From the NCBI GenBank assembly GCA_934177995.1, contig CAKPPW010000003.1:5938-69937 (forward strand): DNA of 64,000 nt, read 5' to 3'. Source of the DNA: an uncultured Bacilli bacterium. Its GTDB lineage: Bacteria > Bacillota_I > Bacilli_A > RF39 > UBA660. Made by a program: the position numbers and the translations under genes. Below are positions 38,441-46,965 of the stretch, one piece after another. The notes beneath the pieces were generated by a model, which worked only from the letters and a program-made list of their open reading frames with translations, was not told the origin of the DNA and did not search any database. The first letter of the stretch is position 1, and each line of letters begins with the position of its first letter.

Positions 38441-39148
38441 ATGAAAAGATTAAAATTCAGGAAAGGTGCAATAGTAGGAATCTATGCTGCTATCTTTGTC
38501 TTTACTGGAGTAGGAGCTTATCTAGTAAGTCAAAATATGAAAAAAGATTTAAAACCTACTGAACAAGTTGAACATGTTAATAGTTCTATTCTAGATAAAG
38601 ATGAAGATGTAGAAGTTATAAATGAAACTACTAAAATGATAAAACCTTTTAAAGATCAGTCTGTAACAACTACTAAATATTTCTATAACTACCAAGCTGA
38701 TAATGCAACACAGGAGAAATCAATTTTGTATCATGAAGATACATATATTCAAAATTCAGGAATGGATTTTACTAAGAATGAAACTTTTGAAGTAGTAGCA
38801 GTTTTAGATGGAACAGTTATTAATATAAAAGATGATGAGTTGCTAGGTAAAATCGTAGAAGTACAACATGAAAATAATCTTGTAAGTAGTTATCAAAGTT
38901 TGGGAGAAGTATCTGTTAAGAAAAATGATACAGTAAAACAAGGACAAGTGATTGGTAAAAGTGGAACTAATAGCATTGATAAGGAATTAGGTAATCATTT
39001 GCATTTTGAACTTTATTTAAATAGTCAAGTAGTTAATCCCGAAGATTATTTTGATAAAGAAATAAAAGCAGAAACTACTAATGATAGTAATAAAAGTGAA
39101 ACAGATGAATCTAAGAATAATACTACTGAAACAAAGAAGCCAGAATAA
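38441..39148 (+). CDS. spoIIQ: Stage II sporulation protein Q-like degenerate LytM/M23 protein
   Basis: N-terminal TM. KYFYNYQADNATQEKSILYHEDTYIQNSGMDF and YQSLGEVSVKKNDTVKQGQVIGKSGTN parallel B. subtilis SpoIIQ. Ser replaces the first His of the HxxxD motif, and HLHFE is retained. Confidence 0.8.
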   Translation: MKRLKFRKGAIVGIYAAIFVFTGVGAYLVSQNMKKDLKPTEQVEHVNSSILDKDEDVEVINETTKMIKPFKDQSVTTTKYFYNYQADNATQEKSILYHEDTYIQNSGMDFTKNETFEVVAVLDGTVINIKDDELLGKIVEVQHENNLVSSYQSLGEVSVKKNDTVKQGQVIGKSGTNSIDKELGNHLHFELYLNSQVVNPEDYFDKEIKAETTNDSNKSETDESKNNTTETKKPE

Positions 39149-39158
39149 TGTTAACTAG

Positions 39159-39185
39159 AGATGATTAAAAAACAATCATCTTTTT
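39159..39185 (+). terminator. Terminator after spoIIQ-like gene
   Basis: agatgatt-aaaaaac-aatcatct followed by tttt. Confidence 0.7.
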
Positions 39186-39320
39186 GTATGAAAAATAAAG
39201 TAATAAATGCAATTATAATGTATATATTTAAAATAGTAGGAAAAACTAATTTTGATGGGAAATTAATTTACAAGTAAAAGAAATTTTGTTAAAATATTAA
39301 CAGTAAAAGGACGTGATAGG

Positions 39321-40313
39321 ATGTTAGCAAAGGATATTGGAATAGATTTAGGAACAGCCAATGTATTAATATATATAAAAGGTGAAGGAATTGTTTTAAA
39401 TGAACCTAGTGTGGTAGCTATTGATACAGATAATAAGAAAGTTGTAGCAGTAGGACGTGAAGCTAGTGAAATGTTAGGAAGAACTCCTGGAAAGGTTAAA
39501 GCTATTAAACCAATGAAAGATGGAGTTATTGCTGATTTTGAGATAACAGAGATTATGCTTGATTATTTTATTAGAAAGATTCATGCTCGCAATTTCTTTT
39601 CAAGACCTAGAATCTTAATATGTTGTCCATCTAATATTACTCCAGTTGAGAAAAATGCTATTAAAGAAGCAGCTGAAAGAACCGGAGCAAGAAGAGTGTT
39701 TTTAGAAGAAGAGCCTAAAGTAGCTGCTATTGGAGCAGGAATGGATATTTCTAAACCTAGTGGTAATATGGTAATAGATATTGGTGGTGGTACTACTGAT
39801 ATAGCTGTTCTTTCTTTAAAGGATATAGTTACTAGTGCTTCAATTAGAGTGGCTGGTAATGTATTTGATCAAGATATTATAAAGTTTATTAAAGAAAAAT
39901 ATAAATTATTAATAGGTGATAAAACAGCAGAAGAGATTAAAATAGAGTTTGCTAACGTTTATAATCCTGATAAGAAGAAAAAGATGGAAGTAAGAGGAAG
40001 AGACTTAATTACAGGATTACCTAGTACAATAGAAATCTATGAGAATGAAACAGAAGAAGCTTTATCTGAATCACTTCAAAAGATAATTAAGGCGGCTACT
40101 AATGTTTTAGAACAAACTCCTCCAGAATTATCAGCTGATATTGTAGAAAAAGGAGTAGTCTTAACAGGTGGTGGAAGTATGTTAACAGGTTTAGTTCCAT
40201 TATTAAAAGATAAATTAAAGATACCTGTTTTTATTGCTGATACACCATTAACTTGTGTAGCAGAAGGAACAGGAGTATTACTTGATGATGTAAGGAGTCT
40301 AGAAGAGAACTAG
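39321..40313 (+). CDS. mreB: Rod shape-determining actin homologue MreB/Mbl
   Basis: DIGIDLGTANVLIY, VIDIGGGTTDIAVLS, GVVLTGGGSML. Confidence 0.93.
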   Translation: MLAKDIGIDLGTANVLIYIKGEGIVLNEPSVVAIDTDNKKVVAVGREASEMLGRTPGKVKAIKPMKDGVIADFEITEIMLDYFIRKIHARNFFSRPRILICCPSNITPVEKNAIKEAAERTGARRVFLEEEPKVAAIGAGMDISKPSGNMVIDIGGGTTDIAVLSLKDIVTSASIRVAGNVFDQDIIKFIKEKYKLLIGDKTAEEIKIEFANVYNPDKKKKMEVRGRDLITGLPSTIEIYENETEEALSESLQKIIKAATNVLEQTPPELSADIVEKGVVLTGGGSMLTGLVPLLKDKLKIPVFIADTPLTCVAEGTGVLLDDVRSLEEN

Positions 40314-40322
40314 ACTTTTTTC
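40296..40322 (+). terminator. Terminator overlapping the mreB 3' end
   Basis: agtctag-aagagaa-ctagact followed by tttttt. Confidence 0.7.
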
Positions 40323-40388
40323 TTTTCTTAAAATAATTGTACAATAGAATATAAACTGATATAATTGAATAAGAAAAGAGGAAGTAAA

Positions 40389-41507
40389 ATGAATCAAGAA
40401 ATATTAAGTGCTTTAAAGATAGTAGCAGTAACCTTTCTTTGTTCAGCACTGATAATGCCTGGAATGAAAAAAATTGCTTTTCATATAGGTGCTTTAGATG
40501 TTCCAAGAAGCGATGAAGGTAATAGACATATTCATAAAAGAGTGATGCCAAAACTTGGAGGAGTAGGAATATTTTTAGCTTTCTTAGTTGGTTATATGAT
40601 GTTTGGAATAGAAAGTATTCAAATGAATTCAATTCTGATAGGTAGTTTTATAATTATTTTAACTGGTATTATTGATGATATTAAGTCTATTAGAGCGAGT
40701 AGAAAACTATTAGGACAATTAATTGCTGCTTGTATTATAGTCTTTTATGGAGGAATACTTTTAAATAACATTACAGCTTTTGGTTATACAATTGACTTTG
40801 GTATTTGGTCTTATCCACTGACTATTTTCTTTATAGTAGCTTGTACTAATATTATTAATTTAATAGATGGCTTGGATGGTTTATGTGGTGGTATATGTAG
40901 TATTTTCTTTTTAACAATTGGTATAATTGGTTTCTTTCAAGGTAGAAGTGGTAGTCTTGTTATGATTTTAACATTCATTATGTTAGGTGCTACTTTAGGA
41001 TTCTTACTTCATAATTTTCATCCAGCTAAGATATTTTGTGGTGACTGTGCCATGTTCTTAGGATTTATAATAGCAGTAATAACACTTTTAGAATTTAAGG
41101 GACCTGCTTTGACTAGTTTATTTGTTCCAATAATGATTTTAGGTATACCTATTCTTGATACATTATTTGCTATTATTAGAAGATTACTTAAACATCAACC
41201 TCCATTTGCTCCTGATAAGGATCATATTCATCATCAGTTATTAGGAATGAATTTTTCTCACAGAACAACAGTATTAATTATCTATGGAATTGATTTCTTA
41301 TTTGCAACAGCTTCAATTTTCTATATACTTAAAGATCCTGTTTTAGGTAAAGTATTTTATATCTTAATATTTATAGTAGTAGTATGGTTTGTTTTAAGAA
41401 CTAGTATTATCTCTCCTAAAAACAAGGAAGTGACTGATAGTATTATTGATAAAGTGGAAGGTACTATTAAGAAAGAAAAGAGAAAAAAACAAAAAAAGGT
41501 TAAATAA
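40389..41507 (+). CDS. tagO: Undecaprenyl-phosphate GlcNAc-1-phosphate transferase (TagO/WecA, MraY-like GT4 family)
   Basis: Polytopic protein with IIDDIKSI, NLIDGLDGL, HNFHPAKIFCGD. ATG 40389 after AGAGGAAG; the ORF track starts at 40365. Confidence 0.85.
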   Translation: MNQEILSALKIVAVTFLCSALIMPGMKKIAFHIGALDVPRSDEGNRHIHKRVMPKLGGVGIFLAFLVGYMMFGIESIQMNSILIGSFIIILTGIIDDIKSIRASRKLLGQLIAACIIVFYGGILLNNITAFGYTIDFGIWSYPLTIFFIVACTNIINLIDGLDGLCGGICSIFFLTIGIIGFFQGRSGSLVMILTFIMLGATLGFLLHNFHPAKIFCGDCAMFLGFIIAVITLLEFKGPALTSLFVPIMILGIPILDTLFAIIRRLLKHQPPFAPDKDHIHHQLLGMNFSHRTTVLIIYGIDFLFATASIFYILKDPVLGKVFYILIFIVVVWFVLRTSIISPKNKEVTDSIIDKVEGTIKKEKRKKQKKVK

Positions 41508-41535
41508 CCAGTGGTTAAACAACTACTGGTTTTTT
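41507..41535 (+). terminator. Terminator after tagO
   Basis: accagtggtt-aaac-aactactggt (10-bp stem with one G-U pair) followed by ttttt. Confidence 0.75.
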
Positions 41536-41595
41536 GCTGTAAAGATGTCCACTTTTATGGAAAAATATGGTAAAATTAAGAAGTCGGAGGTATGC

Positions 41596-42330
41596 ATGAT
41601 GATAAATTTTATTATATGTGATGATGAGGAAATATTTAGAAATTCTATTAAGGAGAAAATAGATCATTGTATGATGAAAAGTACAGTTGAATATAAAACT
41701 CATTTTTTTAGTTGCTATGATGAGAAGTTTTTCAATTTTGCTAGAAATCCAAATGGTTTTAATGTTTATTTTTTGGATATTCAAATGCCAGAAGGTGATG
41801 GTACTGATGTAGCAAGATACATTAGATATAAGCTGGGTGATTGGAACTCACTTATAATTTTTGTAACTAACTTTAGTAGGTATAGAAATAAAATATTAAC
41901 TAGTCGTTTAGATGTTTTGGATTATATTAAAAAATCTAAGAAAGGCTATGAACAATTGGAAGAAGTAATGGTTATAATACTTTCTAAGTATAGGAGTAAA
42001 GATAGTTGTTTAACGTTTGAAAAGGATCATTCTGTTTTTAAGATTAAATATAAAGATATTATTTTTATAGAAAGAGAGTTAAATAGTAAGTGTTGTATTT
42101 TATATACATCTACTGGGGAATATAGAATAACTAAATCTCTATCAGAAATTGAAGAGATGTTAGATAATAGATTTTTAAGAACTCATCGTAGTGCTATTAT
42201 TAATGTAGATAAAATAATCGAATATAATGTTAAAACAAATACAGTTATTTTTTCTACTGGTGAATCAACTTATTTGGTAGCAAGAAGTAAGAGAAAGGAG
42301 TTGAAGGAACGTGTCCTTAGCTATAATTAA
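41596..42330 (+). CDS. agrA: LytTR-family response regulator (AgrA-like)
   Basis: Receiver domain ICDDEE...YFLDIQMPEGDG...FVT. C-terminal LytTR-like domain IKYKDIIFIE...FLRTHRSAIINVDKI. GGAGG upstream. The ORF-track N-extension overlaps tagO and its terminator. Confidence 0.85.
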   Translation: MMINFIICDDEEIFRNSIKEKIDHCMMKSTVEYKTHFFSCYDEKFFNFARNPNGFNVYFLDIQMPEGDGTDVARYIRYKLGDWNSLIIFVTNFSRYRNKILTSRLDVLDYIKKSKKGYEQLEEVMVIILSKYRSKDSCLTFEKDHSVFKIKYKDIIFIERELNSKCCILYTSTGEYRITKSLSEIEEMLDNRFLRTHRSAIINVDKIIEYNVKTNTVIFSTGESTYLVARSKRKELKERVLSYN

Positions 42331-43603
42331 ATGTTTTAATACATTAGTAATTAACATATTCTTAATTTTGAGTGTTCAAAGACTATTGAAGGAAAAAATA
42401 TCTTTATTTAGTTTTAAAACTGTTTTTTGGTTATTATTTAGTCTGATACCATGTACACTTTTTTATAACTCCGGGTATAGTTTTATTTTTACAGTTTTAT
42501 CTGTTGTTTTTCTTTCAATAGCAGTAGAAAGATTATTTTGTATTGAATTGTATGAAAGCGCAATATTAACATTATCATTTATGATTTTATCTATCATTCC
42601 TGATTTATTGTTTTCTCTTTTTGTTGTTAATTTTTATAATTATGAAACTATTAGAAATACACCTTGTATTTTTATTTCAACTAATTTTATTATTTCAATT
42701 AGTACTTATTTTTTGTATAATTATATATCTATAGGTAAAAAAATTCTTAATAATATAGAAAATTTCAGAAAGTTTAAACAATTAAATATAATAATATATG
42801 TAGTTATGGCTTTTATTTCAATAGGTGCTGTTTATTATTTGGCTAGGGATACATATAAGCCTACTGTTTCATATTTTATTACAAATATAGTGATATCAAC
42901 GTTTGTTGGATTAATATATATTTATATGTGCCAACTATTTAAATCTAATCAACTTGAAGCTAAAAATAACATTTTGTATGAGTGTATGAGAAATATAGAG
43001 AGTTATCAAGAAGAACAGGACTTAAAAATTCATGAATATAAGAATCAACTTTCTAAAATAATTGCTATAACTGATGATAAGGAAGTAATAAATAAAATTG
43101 AGGAAATACTTAATGTAGATTTATCTGAAGATATATATTTGTTGGGAAAAATTAGAAATATACCAAAAAGTGAACTTAAAAGTCTAATTTATTATAAACT
43201 TTTAGTGGCAAAAAAAGATGGGATCAAATTATTAATAAACGTATCTCCTGAATTGAGCGATGAGAACTATAACTTTAGTCGTTCTCAAGAAAAGATAATT
43301 AGTAATATTGTTGGTATTTTTTTTGACAATGCAATAGAAGGTGCAAAGAGTTCAAAGGAAAAAGAATTATCACTTGAAATATATGATTCTAATTTAGGTA
43401 TGACTTTTTCTATCTCTAATACATTTTCTGGTAAAATTAGTTTAGACAAATTGGGTAGTAAGGGTTATACTACAAAAGGAAAAAATCATGGTAATGGTTT
43501 ACACTTTGTTAAAAAAATGTTAAGCAAAAAGAATGGTGTTTTTACAAGAACTATTATTAATAATAATCACTTTATGCAAAAAATAATCATAGAAAAAGAA
43601 TGA
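42311..43603 (+). CDS. agrC: AgrC-like (HPK10) membrane sensor histidine kinase
   Basis: About 200-aa multi-TM N-terminus, H-box KIHEYKNQL, N-box FFDNAIEGA, G-box KGKNHGNGLHFVKKM. GTG start overlaps the regulator's 3' end. Confidence 0.85.
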   Translation: MSLAIIKCFNTLVINIFLILSVQRLLKEKISLFSFKTVFWLLFSLIPCTLFYNSGYSFIFTVLSVVFLSIAVERLFCIELYESAILTLSFMILSIIPDLLFSLFVVNFYNYETIRNTPCIFISTNFIISISTYFLYNYISIGKKILNNIENFRKFKQLNIIIYVVMAFISIGAVYYLARDTYKPTVSYFITNIVISTFVGLIYIYMCQLFKSNQLEAKNNILYECMRNIESYQEEQDLKIHEYKNQLSKIIAITDDKEVINKIEEILNVDLSEDIYLLGKIRNIPKSELKSLIYYKLLVAKKDGIKLLINVSPELSDENYNFSRSQEKIISNIVGIFFDNAIEGAKSSKEKELSLEIYDSNLGMTFSISNTFSGKISLDKLGSKGYTTKGKNHGNGLHFVKKMLSKKNGVFTRTIINNNHFMQKIIIEKE

Positions 43604-43605
43604 AC

Positions 43606-43725
43606 TTAGTCCATTCCTTTTAATGCTTTAGGTTCATCTAATAACCACCATACACATCCAAAGCTAGCAGATGCAGTGGCAAGCATTCCTAAAGCTACTA
43701 GTAATCTTGCAACTCTTTTTTTCAT
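43606..43725 (-). CDS. agrD: AgrD-type autoinducing-peptide precursor (39 aa, not in ORF track)
   Basis: ATG 43725 with AGGAG 6 nt upstream. MKKRVARLLVALGMLATASASFGCVWWLLDEPKALKGMD has leader, single-Cys hydrophobic core and DEPK tail. It lies 40 nt downstream of agrB. Confidence 0.8.
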   Translation of the reverse strand: MKKRVARLLVALGMLATASASFGCVWWLLDEPKALKGMD

Positions 43726-43765
43726 ACTTGACTCCTGTTCTATTTTAAATGTTAATAAATAACAT

Positions 43766-44350
43766 TTAAACCATTAAATAATTTCTATATGGCATACCAT
43801 ATATCCTATAAGTAATAGGTAAAATTAGAATTGTTTCTATTATCATACCTGATAATAAATATATAGAAATATCATTATTATTAAATATTATTATAATTAT
43901 TGAATAGATAATGGCTATTACGCATGTTGCTATTTTTCTTAAGACTCTTTTCCCTTTATTAGTTAAAGGTCTTTTTACTGTATCAGCTGGAGCATATAGT
44001 ATAAAACAAATAAACGTAGTTATACATATTGCTACTTTAACAGATAAAGATATAGCAATATTTGACATTAGTAATGGAATACCTATCAATATTAATATAG
44101 ATGAAAATAAGCAAGTTGAAGACTTATTAGCATGAATTCCAAAGGCAGGGTATCTAATTATATTAAAGAATATTAATGTCAAAAAAAATTCTTTAAATAT
44201 TCCTAATAAGAATGCCAGTGGAAAAATTATTAAAAACTTTCCAAAAGTTAGATAAATCCCTTCTAATCCATATCTTAGTTCTTCTTCTTGTATTTCTATA
44301 TTGTTACTCTTAACAAAAGAAATACAATTATTTAAAAATCTTTCTTTCAT
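43766..44350 (-). CDS. agrB: AgrB accessory gene regulator protein B (AIP-processing membrane peptidase)
   Basis: 194-aa polytopic protein with RYPAFGIHANKSSTCLFSS, matching the AgrB R..aGG.HA...C.. core. Confidence 0.88.
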   Translation of the reverse strand: MKERFLNNCISFVKSNNIEIQEEELRYGLEGIYLTFGKFLIIFPLAFLLGIFKEFFLTLIFFNIIRYPAFGIHANKSSTCLFSSILILIGIPLLMSNIAISLSVKVAICITTFICFILYAPADTVKRPLTNKGKRVLRKIATCVIAIIYSIIIIIFNNNDISIYLLSGMIIETILILPITYRIYGMPYRNYLMV

Positions 44351-44614
44351 TTTATACCTCTCTTGTTGCTTTAATAATACTATAAAAAAGAATTGTTAAC
44401 TTAAAATGACTTTTTTATAAGGTAACATTATATAGATAAAACGCTACTTGTCATGATAAATGATAAAATTTACTGTTTAGGGTATTTTAAAAACCGTTTA
44501 CGGAAAAAGTGTAAATATCTAAAGGAATTATGTTAAAATACAATTACATCGTTTTAAGAAGTTCATAAACCAGGACGTACTTAGTGGATGTAATAATTTA
44601 TGGAGGTGAGCCAA

Positions 44615-44833
44615 ATGATAGGCAAAGTAAAATGGTTTAATAATGACAAAGGATATGGATTCATTGAATACAAAGAAAATGAAGATATCTTCGTTCATTA
44701 TTCAACTATTAACATCATCGGTTACAAGACTTTATCGGAGGGTCAATATGTAGAGTTTACTTTACTAGAAACAAGTAAAGGATATCAAGCCGTTGATGTA
44801 ACGCCTATAAAAGAACCAGCTACTGTAAAATAG
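44615..44833 (+). CDS. csp: Cold-shock protein (CspA family)
   Basis: GKVKWFNNDKGYGFI (RNP1) and IFVHYS (RNP2), GGAGGTG upstream, long 5' leader. Confidence 0.93.
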   Translation: MIGKVKWFNNDKGYGFIEYKENEDIFVHYSTINIIGYKTLSEGQYVEFTLLETSKGYQAVDVTPIKEPATVK

Positions 44834-44845
44834 CTAGTTCTTTTT
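44813..44845 (+). terminator. Terminator overlapping the csp 3' end
   Basis: gaaccagcta...tagctagttc (one mismatch) followed by ttttt. Confidence 0.6.
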
Positions 44846-44942
44846 CATTCTTTCCCATAAATTTTCCATAATTTTTGACAAGAAATTATCTTCTTTTTTT
44901 TAAAGTATTATGCTATACTACAGGTATAAGGAGAGTGATAAT

Positions 44943-45476
44943 ATGGAAATAATTATCCGTGGTGACAAAATTGAAGTTACTAAAGCAATGAAAGACTATA
45001 TTAAGGAGAAGCTAAAAAGACTAGATAAATATCTAGAAAATAGTGATGCTATTAGAGCAAATGTAGTAGTGAGAGTATCTTCACATCGTCAAACAGTGGA
45101 GATAACTATTCCACTTCACAATTTTATTATTCGTTCTGAAGAAACACAGGAAGATTTTTATGCAGCTGTAGATAAAGCAATAGATGTGATGGAACGTCAA
45201 ATTAGAAAGAATAAAACAAGATTAAAATCTAGGGAAGATAAGACAAAAATAGATTTTAAAATGATTGATTTAACTGATATTGAATATGAAGAAAAAGAAG
45301 ATAAAATAATCAAAAGAAAGAAAGTAGAAGTAAAACCAATGGATGAAGAGGAAGCAATTCTTCAGATGGAACTTTTAGGACATCAGTTTTATCTATTTAA
45401 GAATATAGATACATCAAAAGATGCGGTCGTTTATAAAAGAAAAAATGGCGGCTATGGTTTAATTGAATCTGAATAG
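44943..45476 (+). CDS. hpf: Ribosome hibernation-promoting factor (long HPF)
   Basis: MEIIIRGDKIEVTKAMKDYIKEKL, and a C-terminal dimerisation domain KPMDEEEAILQMELLGHQFYLFKN. Confidence 0.92.
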   Translation: MEIIIRGDKIEVTKAMKDYIKEKLKRLDKYLENSDAIRANVVVRVSSHRQTVEITIPLHNFIIRSEETQEDFYAAVDKAIDVMERQIRKNKTRLKSREDKTKIDFKMIDLTDIEYEEKEDKIIKRKKVEVKPMDEEEAILQMELLGHQFYLFKNIDTSKDAVVYKRKNGGYGLIESE

Positions 45477-45482
45477 ATAAGG

Positions 45483-45506
45483 GCAGTTAATAATTAACTG
45501 CTTTTT
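45483..45506 (+). terminator. Terminator after hpf
   Basis: gcagttaa-taa-ttaactgc followed by ttttt. Confidence 0.75.
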
Positions 45507-45566
45507 CTAAGCCTTGAAAAATATGGCCTTTTATGATAATTTAGATAAAAGAAAAGAGGAGAAAGT

Positions 45567-46958
45567 ATGAAATTATATAATACTAGAACAAGACAAGTTG
45601 AAGAATTAAAACCTAAGAATGGTAACCTTATAAAAATGTATACTTGTGGACCTACAGTTTATCATTTTGCTCATATTGGTAATTTAAGAACTTATATATC
45701 AGAAGATATTTTAGAGAAAGGATTAAAGTATCTAGGATATGATGTTCAAAGAGTAATGAATATTACTGATGTTGGTCACTTAGTAGGTGATGGTGATACT
45801 GGTGAAGATAAAATGCTTGTAGCTGCTAAAAGAGAACATAAGTCTTCGATGGAAATAGCTAAGTATTATACAGATTGTTTCTTTACAGATTGTAAAAAAC
45901 TAGGTATTAGAAAACCAGATGTAGTAACTCCTGCTACTGATCATATACCTATGTATATAAAAATGATAGAAAAATTACTAGAAGATGGCTATGCTTATAT
46001 TGCTAATGGTAATGTCTATTATGATACTTCAAAGTTTTCTAAATATTATGAATTATCAAGTAGAAATAAAGATGATTTATTAGTAGCAGTTAGAAATGAT
46101 ATAGAAGAAGATAATTCTAAACGTAATCCTTTTGACTTTGGACTATGGTTTACTAATTCTAAGTTTAATAATCAAGAGCTTAAATGGGATTCACCTTGGG
46201 GAGTAGGATATCCTGGTTGGCATATAGAGTGTTCTGGTATTTCAATTGAGAAACTAGGAGATTATTTAGATATTCATTGTGGAGCAGAAGATGCTGTTTT
46301 TCCTCATCATACTAATGAAATTGCTCAGAGTGAAGCTTACCTTGGTCATAATTGGTGTGACTTTTGGGTACATATGGGATTTTTGAATGATAAAGGCGGA
46401 AAGATGAGTAAATCAAGAGGGGAATTTCTTACAGTATCCTTATTAGAAGAGAAAGGCTATAATCCGTTAAGTTATCGTTATTTATGTTTAAATTCTTATT
46501 ATCATAATCAGTTGACTTTTAGTTATGAAATACTAGATGGAGCAGAAAATGCATATCTAAAGTTAAAGAGAAAAATAGCTAGTATTAAAGATGATGGTGA
46601 ATTAAATAATGATAAAATAACTAGTTATATTAATAAATTTAAAGAAGCAATTAGTAATGATTTAAATTCTTCTAATATGATAACTTTATTATATGATGTT
46701 TTAAAAGATGAAGAACTATCAGGTAAGAGTAAATTGTATCTGGTAGAAGATTTTGATAAAGTGTTATCATTGGACTTAATGAGTAGTGAAGAAGAAAATA
46801 GTCAAGATGATTCTTGGATAATTGCTAAAATAGAAGAAAGAAGAAAAGCTAAGGAAGAAAAAGACTATAAAAAGGCTGATGCAATACGTGATGAGTTGTT
46901 AGAACAAGGAATAATTTTAAAAGATGGTCGTGATGATACAACTTTTGAAAGAAAGTAG
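45567..46958 (+). CDS. cysS: Cysteine--tRNA ligase
   Basis: HIGH-type HFAHIGNLRTY and KMSKS. Confidence 0.95.
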   Translation: MKLYNTRTRQVEELKPKNGNLIKMYTCGPTVYHFAHIGNLRTYISEDILEKGLKYLGYDVQRVMNITDVGHLVGDGDTGEDKMLVAAKREHKSSMEIAKYYTDCFFTDCKKLGIRKPDVVTPATDHIPMYIKMIEKLLEDGYAYIANGNVYYDTSKFSKYYELSSRNKDDLLVAVRNDIEEDNSKRNPFDFGLWFTNSKFNNQELKWDSPWGVGYPGWHIECSGISIEKLGDYLDIHCGAEDAVFPHHTNEIAQSEAYLGHNWCDFWVHMGFLNDKGGKMSKSRGEFLTVSLLEEKGYNPLSYRYLCLNSYYHNQLTFSYEILDGAENAYLKLKRKIASIKDDGELNNDKITSYINKFKEAISNDLNSSNMITLLYDVLKDEELSGKSKLYLVEDFDKVLSLDLMSSEEENSQDDSWIIAKIEERRKAKEEKDYKKADAIRDELLEQGIILKDGRDDTTFERK

Positions 46959-46965
46959 GTTTTGA

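Noticed and set aside
44394-44428. Possible LytTR (AgrA-type) direct repeats upstream of agrB: GTTAAC-containing and GTTACC-containing 9-mers.
   Set aside because: The start-to-start spacing is 26 nt rather than the roughly 21 nt expected for AgrA/ComE-type sites. The distal copy matches the consensus poorly. This is not strong enough to call a binding site.
28436-45566. Looked for T-box leaders upstream of argS (28436-28540) and cysS (45477-45566).
   Set aside because: Both intervals are about 100 nt or shorter. They are occupied by a promoter/SD or the hpf terminator. There is no specifier-loop or T-box sequence architecture.
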